Of a DNA stretch of 64,000 bases, positions 41,585 through 55,320 are shown in pieces. This DNA comes from Eledone cirrhosa (taxonomy: Eukaryota), in contig OZ024741.1 in the NCBI GenBank assembly GCA_964016885.1, positions 201,748,001 through 201,812,000 of the forward strand, read 5' to 3'. Within the stretch, counting starts at the first letter, position 1. The number at the start of each line of letters is the position of its first letter. The notes beneath the pieces were generated by a model. That model was given only the letters and a program-made list of their open reading frames with translations. It did not search any database and was not told the DNA's origin. A program made the translations under genes and the position numbers.

Positions 41585-42030
41585 CCACTTATTCCTGGGA
41601 AGGTTTTGGGTACAGAATCCTCAAGCATGTCTTCCAGAAGTTCCTGTCAGAAGCAACTCCAATTGATCTGGTTGGATCCCAAACAAGACCAGCCGTGCTC
41701 ATGTATGTTATCCAACCATCTTGTTCAGGGTCTCCTGCTGGTTGGTTTTGCCTGTAAAATCTGTTTGGCAATTCTTTCCTTAGACATTTTAACCACATAC
41801 CCATAGTATTGGAGCTGTGATCTCTCAATTCGGAAAAGTAGAGGCTCTACCTGGACCAGCTCTCTGATATCCAAGCTATGCACTCTATCAAGTAATGTTA
41901 CTCCTAAGACCCTTTGGGGGAACCCATTCCGAACACTTGTATTCAAATTCGAACATTACCCAAGATTCATGACCATAAGTAATGGCTGCCTGCCATCACT
42001 CATAAAAATGATCTTGAGATACTTGAATGC
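41585..42030 (-). mobile_element. Decayed RTE-type LINE 3' fragment
   Basis: LGVTLLDRV..EPLLFRIERSQLQYYGYVVKM. Confidence 0.8.
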
Positions 42031-42061
42031 TGGAATGTGTAAATTTATCTAATTTCATTAA

Positions 42062-42243
42062 TAATTGTTTCTACGTTTGGCACAAGGCCAGCAATTATCC
42101 CAGTGCATTACTGGTACTTTATTTTATCGACCCCGTAAGGATGAAAGGCAAAGTTAACCTCGGCGGGATTTGAACTCAGAATGGCAAGGGCCGTAACTCT
42201 ATACGTCAAAGCATGGCGTTCGACCCACTACCGATACTGCCAA
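42062..42243 (-). mobile_element. tRNA-derived SINE (Nin-like)
   Basis: Very similar to 37025-37208. Confidence 0.85.
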
Positions 42244-42719
42244 AGTATAACTAATGTTTTTTATTCAGTATATGAAACTCATTTTCTCCGGTTTTAATAT
42301 TTATATCTCTGAATAGTTGATGTTAAACCACCTCTCAAAAATATCAAATTACCTACTTGGTTGTATTTCTCTAAAGTGTAACAAAATGTTTAATGTCTAA
42401 AATGTTAGGCTCTTTGTTGAGATCCAGACCTGTTTGGAGATCATTTCTTATGTTACCATTTATTGGAATAATAGCTATAGTTTTACTGTATGTGATTTCA
42501 GAAAACTTGTATTCTCAATAATCAACTGACTTGTGATCTCTTTTTGCACAATCACTCAAACAGCATTGAATGAACATTGAATCACATCATATATGCTGGG
42601 TAATTCTCTTCCCTTATATACCAACATCTGTATATTTTAGTTGAATCTGGACCCCACTATCAGCTCTTCCTAACAATGAAGCCACAAATCATGTCTTTGC
42701 CATGAAACATAAATCACTT

Positions 42720-43175
42720 ACTTCTTATCTCTAACATCTCTGTTGTCCTATCACTTCTGATCTCTAACATCTCTGTTGTCCACTCACTTCCTGTCTCTAA
42801 CATCTCAGTTGTCCTCTCTTGAGACATAAGTCTCTCACTTCCTGTCTCTAAGATCTCAGTTGTCCTCTCTTGAGACAAGTCTTTCACTTCCTGTCTCTAA
42901 CATCTCAGTTGTCCTCTCTTGAGACATAAGTCTCTCACTTCCTGTCTCTAACATCTCTGTTGTCCTCTCTTGAGACATAAGTCTCTCACTTCCTGTCTCT
43001 AACATCTCAGTTGTCCTCTCTTGAGACATAAGTCTCTCACTTCCTGTCTCTAACATCTCAGTTGTCTTCTCTTGAGACATAAGTCTCTCACTTCCTGTCT
43101 CTAACATCTCAGTTGTCCTCTCTTGAGACATAAGTCTCTCACTTCCTGTCTCTAACATCTCAGTTGTCCTCTCTT
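42720..43175. repeat. 51-bp minisatellite, about 7.5 units plus shorter degenerate leading units
   Basis: Unit acttcctgtctctaacatctcagttgtcctctcttgagacataagtctctc. Confidence 0.95.
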
Positions 43176-45279
43176 ATCCTTCACACATTTTTGCTGTCTA
43201 CAGTATATTTTTATATTTCAACTCCTATCTTTAAAGTAGTGTTTTCCTATATTTAGAATCCACTCCCCTCCATCATTCAACTAGATATTAGCAACAAAGA
43301 CTTTCAGTTATTCTAGTTCCTAGTTTCTTTTCCTCAATCTTCTCAGTTCAACTTCCCTATCTGTTACTCTTCAAACTCTTTGAACTGTCATCAGTTATTT
43401 GTTCATCTCTCAGCTTGCATCAAGCACATTTATTTCACATTTGATGATTTATAATTTTTGGTGGTTTCAACAAGCATTCCATTGCAATGCTGCAGAAGTC
43501 AATTTTTTTTTTACTATTCTGAACTCTCTGCAATAGTTAGTACCATCACTTAATGTTTGCTTAACCAACATACACACACACATTACACTTCTGATCTCTT
43601 TCTCATGTCTAAATTCTTTTTCGTAATCTATGACTGTTTCTACCTCTGTAATGTCCTCTGATTCACTGCACAACACTCCACCTCCATAATCCAATGGCAC
43701 TTTAAAATCAGCTTACTGATTGGATCTCCACCAGTTTTATGCTATCCCTGGCAGCAAATGTGTATCACTTTGGACTCATCCAAAGCAGCTAATCCATAAC
43801 TCCTATGTAGTTTACATACAGCTATGTTACATCAGTACATGCAATGAACACAACCAACCTTCATTAACTGTGTAGTCTTCACTTATCACTACAACACCTA
43901 CAAAATTGCCATCAAGAAAGCAAGAGATACTTTTAGCCATTGCACAAACTATAAGCTCATTTGCCTCCCAAATTGACATGGCTCTTTCTAATCTATATTC
44001 TATCAACTGCTAGGCCTCCCAATCCCTGATGATCCAACATACTTAACATAGCTAAAACTGTTTCCAAAAGACTAGTCTTCTCGTCAGGGCCAAAAGTTAC
44101 TTCAGTTGAAATCACTTATGGTGTACTGCTTCCATTCCTAAGACAGTACTACTAACATCCAAATGATTAACAGACTTACCAACACAGTATAACCTCTAGC
44201 CTACAGGTGTGCTGTTTCTTCTTTCGCCTATTTTGATGCTCCTACAAAGGCTGTTGCTCCAGCTAGTTGTATATCACCTTAAACTAGACCCATGTCTCTC
44301 CTCTTATCACTCTTTCTTTCCTGTCCTCAAACAAAGCCCTCTATAAATGTTCAAGCTGAACATCAACCTTATCGATCTTACCTGTCTAGAAGGGCCTGTA
44401 TGAGTGGGTGGAGTGCTTCCCTTATTCCTGATTAAGCTATAAAAAAAGCCCAATATTAATATCAGACTTTTGTTACTGAACCTGATTAGTCTTTATAAGC
44501 AAAACTTGTCATTATCCCAACCGTCCATTATATATATGTATGAAATTGATATCTATACTGTGTAGGCTTTGTAAAATATTCATACCTATATTATGTGAAT
44601 TGCAAGCCAGAAAAATTCTTTCTCGGATAGAGAATGAATTTTGCAGTGTTTAGGGCCTTATATTAGGGAATCCTTTAAACATTTGTTAATTCATATTCTA
44701 AATTACTGATTTCAGTCATGGATTTGTCTTTTTTGTGTAATATGGCATGAAAAGAAAACACATTTTTATACAAATTTAATGGAAAGTATGTTGCATTAAT
44801 GTTTGTTTTCCTGCTTTAAGTGACATTTTATCAATTCAGTATTGATAATCACTAGTTTAACATGTTTTGATTTATTTAGATTAGATTGGTTAACTTCATA
44901 ATCTAAACTATTATAAAGTAAGCAGTGCAGGACTGCATCCGGAATAAATTTTTTTATCCCGTTTGTAAAATAAGTTGGATTACTTTGAATAAATAATGAG
45001 TGAATATTACATAATTTATGTACTAAATTTCGTATTTATAAATAATTTGGAATTGACTTCTTTTCAAATTTATAAATTTCTACACTTCCGGTATATCGTC
45101 GCCACCACCACCACCACTTGAACTACCATATATATAGAAAGAGAGAGATAGTGATTATGATTTTCTACATGCTGACGCGTATGATTGTGCACATACATAC
45201 ATCTATATGTATGAGTATATAACTATAATCACGCAAACACAAACTTATAAAAATACACGCACACGGACATACATTCAGA

Positions 45280-46520
45280 TAAATACACACACAGTCACAC
45301 ATATACATTTACACAAACACACACATACAGTCATGATAGCGTTCGGTGAATTGGAAACGGGAGGGTAAAACAAGTATAATGTTTTATTTATTTATTAACA
45401 ACAGTTTAACTCTTTTTTTTTTAAACTCATTTGTATAAAAATGTAATATAATGCTTACAGAACGAAAACACAAACAAATATAATATATACAAAGGAAAGG
45501 GAAAATAGCTCTTCCAGCGCATCTCCCTTACCATCCTCCGGAGAAACGTCTTCTCCATCCTGTCTGCCGAGGTTGTGGGGATGCCAGCACGTGGACCCCA
45601 TTTGCTCATACAGATTAATAGGCAAAGTTGTAAACTATTATGATAATGTAGTTAGCTAACAGAACACGGTAGCAAAATAGTCACTAACTGTGACGTCCCA
45701 TTCACACAAATACACATACTTTCACACATATATATTTACACAAACACACACATACAGTCATGATAGCGTTCGGGGAATTGGAAACGGGAGGGTAAAAGTA
45801 CAACTTTTTATTTATTTATTAACAGTTTAACTCTTTTTTTTTTTTTTTTAAACTCATTTGTATAAAAATTTAATATAATGATTACAGAATGAAAACACTA
45901 ACAAATATAATATATACAAAGGAAAAAAAAAAAGAGAAAAATACACAATCACGTAATACACACATCTTAGACCTCATAGAACAAATGCGGGCGAAAGAAT
46001 GGAAAAACAAGACGCTACCAGAGCAAAAGATAGCAATGTAGCGAGAAGCACTGGGAAACCTCTCCAATAATTTTTGAGGCGAGCCCACACGCTTGCAGCG
46101 TTACCTGAAGTAATGGCAAGGCTGAGGTGCATGAACAACCAAATGTCCTCACGAGCATCACCAGTTACCTCTGTTTGGCGAGCCCCAAGTGAAGATAAGA
46201 ACCTCGCTGTCAGTAGCCTGACTCCCCCAAACATCTCGAACGCCACAGGCTGGATAATGTAGTTAGCTGACAGATCACGGTATTTTAGGAATTTGTTCCG
46301 TTCAGCTGTGGATGCTGTAGCTCTCGCCCTTACCACTGCATCCAGAATGTGGGAAGAAGCAAAAGAGTCACTAACTGTGACGTCCCAGATAAGGCACCTG
46401 CCTCTTGACCAGGAGCACAGAGTAAGACCGCAAATCTTTTCCCATCAATTCTGGACAACCCAGACGGTTCCAAGATTGAGGGGATGTTTGCCCGGGCCAA
46501 AGCTCTTGAGTGGAAATAGG
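45280..46520 (-). mobile_element. Two tandem 3' fragments of a CRE-clade (RLE-type) non-LTR retrotransposon
   Basis: GLTLCSWSRGRCLIWDVTVSDS..AERNKFLKYRDL..QPVAFEMFG..LSLAITSGNAA (restriction-like endonuclease); ~220-bp 3' region duplicated at 45280-45500 and 45700-45920. Confidence 0.75.
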
Positions 46521-46714
46521 ACAGTGTGTGTATGTGTACGCGCGAGTTTGTCGGTGTTCTTAAATTAGAGACGTGTGTGTGTGTGTGTGTGCCACAGTTT
46601 TTAAGTTAGAGACGTGTGTATCCCTTTTCTTCCTTTTACACACACATACATTCACACAAACGCACATACACATTGTGTGATGGACGGGTGGACAGAAGTC
46701 CCTCAAATTTATAT

Positions 46715-47300
46715 ACATGTGAATGGAGTTCTACTGAAGCAGTTAGAGAAGTTCAAGTATCTTGGGGCCGTGTTCATGAGTGATGGAATGCAGGAGGCTG
46801 AATTAAGTGCAAGAATTGCAAAAGTTGATGCAGTAATGCATCAGATTCAGCAATCAGAAGAAGGGAGTAGGTGTAAAAGCCAAACTCGCTGTCTTCCTGG
46901 TATTCCTGCCAACTCTTACTGAGGATCATGAATCTTGAGTAATGACCAAAAGAATACAATTGCAAATAAAAGCGGCAGAAATGGGATTCCTCCGAAGGGT
47001 CTTTGGAGTAACGTTACTCGATAAAGTGTGTAGCTCAGAGACTAGAGAGTCACTCCTGGTAGAGCCGCTACTTCTCCAAATTGAGAGAACACAACTCCGA
47101 TATTATGAGCATGTGGTTGGAATGTCTCAGTAAAGAATCGCTGGACACATTTTACAGACAAAACCAACTGTCAAGAGTCCCTGAGCAAGATAGTTGGATA
47201 ACATCCATGAGCTTGGCTGGTCACGCTTTGGGATCCAGCTGCATCAGTTTGAGAAAGATTCTGCCCCCACAACCCTCTCAGAAATAAGTGGGCAAAGAAG
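46715..47300 (+). mobile_element. Decayed RTE-type LINE 3' fragment
   Basis: [29 protein letters not shown]. Confidence 0.8.
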
Positions 47301-48639
47301 ATATTGTCAATTTACTTTTCACTTTACATATATATATATTTGCGTATAATACCAATATGCACACTACATATGCTCGCAGAAAACCGCCTGTGGGTGGTTT
47401 TTCTGCTAGTTTCTTTAATCATTGTACAAACACCTATTATCTGGAATCACATATCATCTGTATATTAAAGAACATGCACACATACTTTAGTTCTTAGAAA
47501 TATTCGCAATCATCATGGGTAAAAAACATGTCAGTTGCATCAATAGTTCTTAGTTTCTGTGATAGCTTTTCTGCTTTGAATTTGCATGTTATTTTTTTTT
47601 TATACCTAATTTTTATTTCTCTAATAAATTTAACATTATTTCCTATTTTTTCATCATTCACAATTTTGCTGTTGTGTTCTATTTTAAATAAATTTCAAAA
47701 GCTTATAATTGACTACAGTTGATTTTTGTGATAAATTTATATCTTCTAACAACTTCTACAACCACCAGATTCAAATTTATTAACTATTATTATAATCTCT
47801 TTTGTTTGATATCTAACTGGGTAAAAATTAGACCACACTGACTGGTCAGTAATTCAATTTACTTCAATGCTCTAATTTGTCATAACATTATATGTGATTA
47901 CTGCATCTCTGTTGGTTTTAAAATACAAATAAGTATTTAGATCTATTATATTTCAACTCACTTCTGGGATACATTATTTGTATATATGAACGAGCCTGTA
48001 ACTCCTGGTCGAATTGTAAGGGTCCTGTAGTGACTTTAAACCTGGCAGAACCCATCCTTTAACCAGGTCTGAACAGCCAATTTTTTTCAGAGGAAGAGAA
48101 AGAGTGAGGGAGATGGAGAAAGTAAAGGAAGAATTGACTCCACTATCAACTCCAAAAAGATGAAAAGCAAAGTTGACCTTGGTGGGATCCAAACTCAGAG
48201 CCAGAACGAATACAGCAAAGCATTCTATCCAATGTTCTAATGATTCTGCCAATTCGCTGCCTTGGGATGCATTATAAAAATATAGAATAAACTGGGATTT
48301 AAACCAAGCAGAAATTAGTTTCAAGAATCACTCTATATACTGACATCAAGAAATAAATGTACTTAACTTGTACATAATAACACATTATATATCAACAAAT
48401 AGACTGCTGTGGAATCACACAAGGGAAATTATCAATAAGTTGAAAGATGTTTATGGAGGATCTGAAAAATAAACAGAATTAATGGTTTGAAATTTGAAAG
48501 GCAGAAGCTTTCTTTAGATTGACAAAGTTGTTACAGCATTGGACAAATGTTTAGCAGCATTTCATTGGGCTCTTTACGTTCTGAGTTCAAATCTTGCTGG
48601 GGTCAACTTTGCCTTTCAACCTCCCAAGCTGTATAAAAA

Positions 48640-49132
48640 GGTGCAGAGCAATCAAAGTTGATGGAAACTATGAAAGACCTGGGATGAGGTGATAAAAGCT
48701 GACCTTGCTCAACTGAACCTCTCAAAGTCAATGATACAGGATCGAGATCTTTGGCATTACACAGTAATGCAGAAGACACGGCTTCCCATGCGCACAGAAT
48801 CAAACATATATCTAGTAGGCACCTCTTAACCACTATCCTCCCTCCCCCTTCCATACACCCCATCCACATCTGCTCACACCACCCTTCTCCCATGCCTTTA
48901 CACTCCTGTCCTAATCCACTCTGTAAAGTGGTCATGTAGGTGCCACAACAAAAAGAACCCAGCACACACTGTAAATGTGGTTGGCGTTAGGAAGGGCATT
49001 CAGCCATAGAAGCCAAACCAGAAACAGTTCTGTATGAGCAAGACAGTTTCCTAACCCGACTTTTCCAAAATAGGATAACCCATCTAATCCATGCTAGTGT
49101 GAAAAATAGACATTAAGCAATGATGATGATGA
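48640..49132 (+). mobile_element. RTE LINE 3' end, same family as 17203-18660
   Basis: AIKVDG..KTWDEVI..DRDLWHY..KTRL remnant, a similar 3'UTR and a (GAT)n tail. Confidence 0.75.
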
Positions 49133-49147
49133 CATTATATATATATA

Positions 49148-50436
49148 CAGGGTGCGGACAATATTTGTTCGCAAGATTACTGTCTAGGAAAAATTAACAC
49201 AGTAGTTTTATTTTTTAAGATATATTTATCAAACTTGGGTCAGTTTGTCTTCATGACTTGTTCTTTCGATCTCACTCGATAAACTCGCCATTGGCTTTGA
49301 TGACGGCCTCAAGGCGGCCTCGGAACCGGCTACAGGCCTTCGTCACTGTCCCTCGACTTAGACCCCTAAAGGCACTTGTGATCCTGGCCTTCAGATCGTC
49401 TTTCGTATTGCAGCTAGATCTGTTGGTGTCTCGTTCCACTGCGCCCCACACAAAGAAGTCGAGAGGGTTGCAGTCAGGCGAGCTGAGAGGCCAGATGTCA
49501 GGTGAAGTGTGGTCGACGAAGTTCTCTTACAGCCAGGCTTGGGTCTTTTGGCTGGTATGACAGGGCGCTGAGTCTTGCTGCCACACGTACGGCCTACGTG
49601 CAGCTACCTGGTCGATCCAGGGCTTTACTACCTCACTCAGAACGCGGATGTAACCATCGGTGTTTAGCTTGAGGCCCTCAGGGAAGAAGTGAGGTTGTAT
49701 GACGACACCTAAGACCAATGTTGTCGCTGGAAACTTTGTCTGCATGACTCTGGGCACGTCTTTGGATGAGACAGCGAACCACCTGTTGTTCTGGGAGTTG
49801 ACCTTCTGGTCTTGGCAGTAGTTTTTCTCGTAGGAGAAAAACCACAGCATGTCTGGCTCCAGTGGGTGTTTCAACTTGTTGATCAGCTTCTTTGCGTGCT
49901 TCAGTCGCTTTTCTTGCATCGCCTTTGACAGAAATTGTCCTTTCCTCATCTTGTATGAAACATAGCGAATGTCTTCATGTACCACCAGCCTAATGAGCTT
50001 TTCATCCACGCCTTTCTCCCTTGCAATGGCATGCATCGACTTGCTAGGTTCATTGTTGATGATATCCTGAACTTCAGCGACGAACTCGGGCGTTCTGAAG
50101 GTGTCAGATCGTCGATCATGTGTTTTCCTCTCTGATGTTGCTTCGTAGTCGAATCCTGAATCTTCCAATTCCTTTCTGACCTTTTCCACCATTCTCCTGC
50201 TGACGCTGAGAAAGTCTGAAATTTCCTTATTTGTCCTCCCGGCGCGGATTCCAAGAAGAACTCCGTGTCTCTTCCACAAATTTGGAGGTTCAAAATTATT
50301 CATAATCAATTATTCTGAAAATAAATAATGGAAATATAGTCACTGTTTTTATGAAGACAAGAGTGACAACGGAAGTAAAAAAAATTTGCATAAAATTAGC
50401 AGTTGAAAATTGCGAACAAATATCGTCCACACCCTG
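49148..50436 (-). mobile_element. Tc1/mariner superfamily maT (DD37D) transposon, full length and inactivated
   Basis: 27-bp TIRs cagggtgcggacaatatttgttcgcaa; TA target; transposase 50303->49272 with WQQD-x37-D (SPDCNPLD); premature TAA at 49527; first catalytic D changed to Y (FSYEK). Confidence 0.93.
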
Positions 50437-50829
50437 TATATATATATATATACATACACGAGGGTGGGCTGAAAAGTTCATAGGCTGACTCTTACAATTC
50501 TGTGATGCGAATGAGCTAACCATTTGCAACACAAATTTCAGGAATTCAGCCAACCACCTGATTTCATGTACATGTATAGTTTACATGTACTGTCAGGGTG
50601 GTAGTTCCATAGCTGTGTTCTGTGGTTTACATTTTCTGTCAGGATGGTAGCACTGTAGTTGTATTGTAGGGTTTACATGCCTTGTCAGGATGGCAGTACA
50701 GCAGTTTTGTTGTTGTATGATTTACATGTTGTTTCAGTGTGGTAGTGCTGCAGCAGTGTTGTTGTATACATTACCTGTTCTGCCAGGGTGGTAGTGCTAT
50801 AGCATTGTTGTATGGATTACATGTTGTGT

Positions 50830-51570
50830 CTTGCTTGTAGTGTTGTATGAAAGTGACCGAAAGAGTTATAGCACAGCTAATTAGGGAAAGAGTCAAATTA
50901 GTTTGGTTTTGTGCCTGGGAAAAGTACTACTGATGCCCTCTTTCTCGTGAGGCAACTACTAGGGAAGTTTCTAACCAAGAATAAGACACAATATTCAGCC
51001 TTTGTTGATCTAGAAAAGGCCTTTGACAAAGTAACTCAATCTATTATGTAGTGATCCTTAAGGAAATTAGGTGTAGAAGAATGAGTTGTGAGAGCAGTGT
51101 AAGCCATTTACAAAGGAGCTGGCAGTAAAAAGTAGGAAGTGGTTTTAATGAGGAATTCAAAGTGCATCAAGGATCAGTTCTTAGCTCACTGTTGTTCATC
51201 ATAGTTCTACAGAGGAGTTCAAGACTAACTGTCCATGGGAACTTCTCTATGCAGATGATCTGATCTTTATAGCTGAATCCATAAAATAACTAGAGAATAA
51301 GTTCTGACTACGGAAACTGAATTTGGAATAAAAAGGTCTGAGAGTAAACTAACCAAAATTAAACTGCCGGTAAGTAAGAAAGAATATAGGACCCTGATTC
51401 CTTCAGGGAAGTGGCCCTGCTCAATATATAGAAAAAGAGTAGGCATAAACTTCATATGATGTACACAATGTAAATCTTATGTGCACAAGAAATGTAGTGA
51501 GATAATAGGTAGACTATAGGAAGGGAAGACTTTGTATGTAAAATATACACAAGGGTAATCGAGAGGAAGA
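50830..51570 (+). mobile_element. Decayed RTE RT fragment including a PHD remnant
   Basis: AFVDLEKAFDKV, HQGSVLS, LLYADDLIFIAES, SGKWPCSI. Confidence 0.85.
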
Positions 51571-51629
51571 ATATCACTTGTATGAATACTTCATATGATT
51601 GGAAAAGGTTTTTATCACTGATATTCTTC

Positions 51630-52620
51630 CTCTCGATCAGAATCAACCATCTCCAACTGATCCAGCTGGATCCCCAAGCATAACCAGCCAAGCTCATAGA
51701 TGTTATCAACCCATCTTGCTCAGGGTCTACCCCTGGATCTCCTGCTGGTTGGGTTTGCCCATAAAATCTGTCCAATAATTCTTTCCAGAGACATTCTAAC
51801 CACATGCCCATAGTATCAGAGCTGTGATCTTTCAATTTGGAGAAGTAGTGGCTCTATCTGGAGTGATTCTCTGATCTATGAGCTACACACTTTATTGAGT
51901 GATGTTACTCCAAAGATCCTTCAGAGCAACCCCATTCTGGCTGCTTGTATTTGTGACTGTATTTTTTCAGTCATTACCCAAGATTCATGACCATAGGTAA
52001 GGGTTGGTGCAAATACTAAATTGAAGATAGCAAGTTTGGCTTTACACCTACCTCTCTTCTGATTACCGAATACTGAAGCTGGCCTTCCATCACTGGTGAA
52101 TATGGCCCTGAAATACTTGAATTTCTCCACCTGCTTCAGTGGAACTCCATTCACATGTAGAGTGCACTACAAAGGCTTCCCTGAGAGGACAAACGTCTCA
52201 GTTTTCACAGTAGGTCTTTGAGAAATCATGGAAGTACTGCTAAGAGGTGTATTCTTGCTTTGTAGATCTCGAAAAGGCATTTGACTGTGTTCCACAGGAC
52301 CTGCAGTGGAAGGTATCGATGGTCAGTTTGGTGCCCTGATGTCTCTATACATATACCCAAGTATTTATGATCAGATAAACGGTGCTAAATGAAAAGCATT
52401 CAATGTGGGAGTTGGACTCCTCCAAGGGTGCACCTGTCATCTCTCCTGTTCATTATTTACATGAACAGGATTGACATGTGCAGCCAGGCTGGAAGTGGTA
52501 TTATGACTGGCAGGTGTAGAATAAGTCGGCTGGAATTTGCAGACAACACGGTATTACTTAATTTGACTTGGACTTGATAGGTTTGATGCTGAGTACAGCA
52601 TAGCTGGAATGAAAATCAGA
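51630..52620. mobile_element. RTE-type LINE fragments in opposite orientations
   Basis: 51630-52210 minus (VEKFKYF, TLTYGHESW); 52215-52620 plus (FVDLEKAFD, LSSLLFIIYM, LEFADN). Confidence 0.75.
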
Positions 52621-52709
52621 AAATTAGTAATAATTTCTAAATCCTTCCAAATTCTTGATTGCCTAAGATTTTCAATTCATTTAAAAATCAGTGTCTTTCA
52701 TTAGAAATA

Positions 52710-53188
52710 CAAGCAGAAAAACCACCTTTCGGGTGGTTTTCTGCTCGCATGTTTAGTCTGTATATTGATATTATACGCAGGCATATATACATGTAGATAT
52801 GATACATCAAATAAAATCGTAATTGACAATATATAATACATAGAAATTGAACGAAGACTGTGTTACACTGTCTTATTTAATCAGTAACGTAATCCATGAT
52901 ACATTAAAAAAAGACAATATTATATATTAGGAAAAAATTAGTGACAGAAATATATGAATATTTATTTAAACAATCGTTAACCGGAAGTGGTGACATTTGA
53001 AAATTTTAAAGAAGTGAATCTTTAAATAAGTAATAAAATATATTTATTAAACAGCCACGAAATTTAGTAGATAAATTATGTAATATTCATTCATTATTTA
53101 TTCAAAGTAATCCAACTTATTTTACTAAGGGGATAAAAAATTATAAACAGTACGCAGACCCGCGCTTCTGACTTTATTATAGTTTAGA
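52710..53188 (-). mobile_element. Non-autonomous Helitron family A
   Basis: Collinear with 12083-12532; A|TC 5' end and 3' hairpin. Confidence 0.85.
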
Positions 53189-54094
53189 TTGTAACAAAAG
53201 TGTTAAATATTATTATTAGTGTTACATATTCAATGGGAATTTATGTTGTGTCATCATAGATTAAGTGCCATATCTTTGATTGTTGATAATTTACAGTTCT
53301 TTTGCCTATTTTTATTAAAAATTTTAAATCAATATTGTAAAGTACATCAAAAGCAACACTATTACCAATGTACTATTTAAAAAAGGGGGTTGTTCGCAAA
53401 AGTTCTTTGTTAGATATAAAGACAGATTTTTTTATGGTAGTAAATGGAAAGGGTGTGTCAAATTTGTAAAAGTTTAGCTGCACTAAAATCCTGAATTCCA
53501 CTATTTGACCTAGATTAAGGAATATAACAAATTGTTTAGACAAGCTATCTTTTATAGAATAAACTTTATGCAAACAACAATCTATTTTTAAAAGACATAC
53601 TACCTACAACACTTATTTAATGCAAGAAAGTGAAACCACACACTGGAAGAAAGTTACGTGATACATATGCATTTGATACTACACAAATATTTGCTGGAGA
53701 AAATTTGTTAAAGTTCATCAATTATGATATTTCTGACCATACAAAAAACAAGGCTAATGGTTTCTAAGAATTTCTGAAACAAGCAACATCAGAATTTGTG
53801 GTATAATTGATAGTAGATGAGGCAACTGATACAGTAAATATGGTATCATCATCATCATCTTCATCATTGGCCCCATCGTTTTTAGCTCCACTTTTCCATG
53901 GGTTGGACAGGATATTACAGTGGGATGTTCTTCCTGATGCTACCACTTTTAGTTTCCTTTTACGGCATACAGAGGAGGAGGAGAAGAAGAAGAAGCAGAA
54001 GAAGATATTAATTTTGACAAAAGAGGGGTCAATATATATTGGTACATTATCAAATATTTTTTTAAAAAATAAATTGCTCTGAAGTGGTAGACCA

Positions 54095-55320
54095 ATGGCC
54101 ATATGTTGAAACACCAATGTGATCTCCACTGTCCTTATCAAGTGGAATACTAACCATTTCACTGACTAGAGATATTCTTACAAGCCTTGTTAATGATTCC
54201 ATCTCAACTAGACTTGTCGCAAAAGACACCATGAAGAGTAGCTTTATAACAATGCTTGCTACATTTTTGTTTTCTGATTTGTTTTCTGATTTGTTTTCTG
54301 AAAATTGGGATTATCACTCGTGCTTAGATGCTTTTCCAGAGATCCAGGCCACCTGGCACATACGAGTGAGCCAGAGAATACCTTCTGTATTTAAGGCTTT
54401 TAACATCTCAGGATGGATTTCATTCTCCTCAGTGGCCTTGACACATTTGAACTCTTGAACTGATCTTGTGACCTCAGCCTCCAAGGATTTAGTCATCCCA
54501 GATACACCTCATGTACATCTGAAGATGCTGTTGTGATCAGGTTTAGGAGATCAGCAAAGTATTCTCTCTACCTTGCGAGGATGCACCTCTCTGAAGAGAG
54601 AACCCTGGTGCGTCCCTGATAGCAGATGTGGATGATCTACCAGAACACTTTATTTTCTGGTCTGAAGTTAAATTCCAGCTTAATCCCAAAGTCCTCCCAT
54701 GGATGCCTTTACTGTCTCTGCTGCAATGTTTTGTGCATGTTTGTACTGCAAATATAAGAAGGAGGACTTTTTTCCAAGCCAAGTTTTGTAGGCCTCCTTC
54801 CTTGCTTGGATGGCATCCATTGCCACACCAAACCTCTTTTGCCCACAGCATTTAACAGTTGAAGCAGAAACTGCTGAGCTGAACAATCTCCATTCCATTT
54901 CAACATCCTCAGTTTGCTCAGGGAGTTCTCTGAATTTGGATGCAATAGTATCTGCATACCTGGTCCTGACTTGGAGTAATGTCACTCAATAGAGTGTAAC
55001 TTGGAGATTAGAGAGTCACTACAGATAGAGCTGCTAATTGTCTGAATTTAGAGATCACAGCTCTGATACTACGAGCATCTGGTTAAAATGTCCAAGGAAA
55101 GAATCACTGGACAGATTTTACGGGCAAAACCAGCCAGCAGGAGACCCAGGGGTAGACTCTGAAGAAGATGGTTGGATAACATCCTTGAGCGTGGCTGGTC
55201 TCACTTGGGGATCCAGCCAGATCAGTTGGAGACGGTTGTTTCTGACAGGATCTGCTTGAAGGAGTGTTTGAGAACTTTTCCCCCATGACCCTCTCAGGAA
55301 TAAGTGAGTGAAGAAGAAGA
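54095..55320. mobile_element. Decayed RTE-type LINE pieces (54095-54965 minus; 54970-55320 plus)
   Basis: EIHPEMLKALNTEGILWLTR; the plus piece matches the 3' family above. Confidence 0.7.

Larger units (their letters stand above)
44902..47409 (+). mobile_element. Helitron family A split by CRE and RTE insertions
   Basis: 5' A|TCTAAACTATTATAAAG at 44902; 3' part 47303-47409 with hairpin and CTAG|T. Confidence 0.6.

Noticed and set aside
42856-43158. 100-aa repetitive ORF or CRISPR-like array
   Set aside because: Head-to-tail 51-bp minisatellite with no unique spacers; the ORF exists only because the unit length is divisible by 3.
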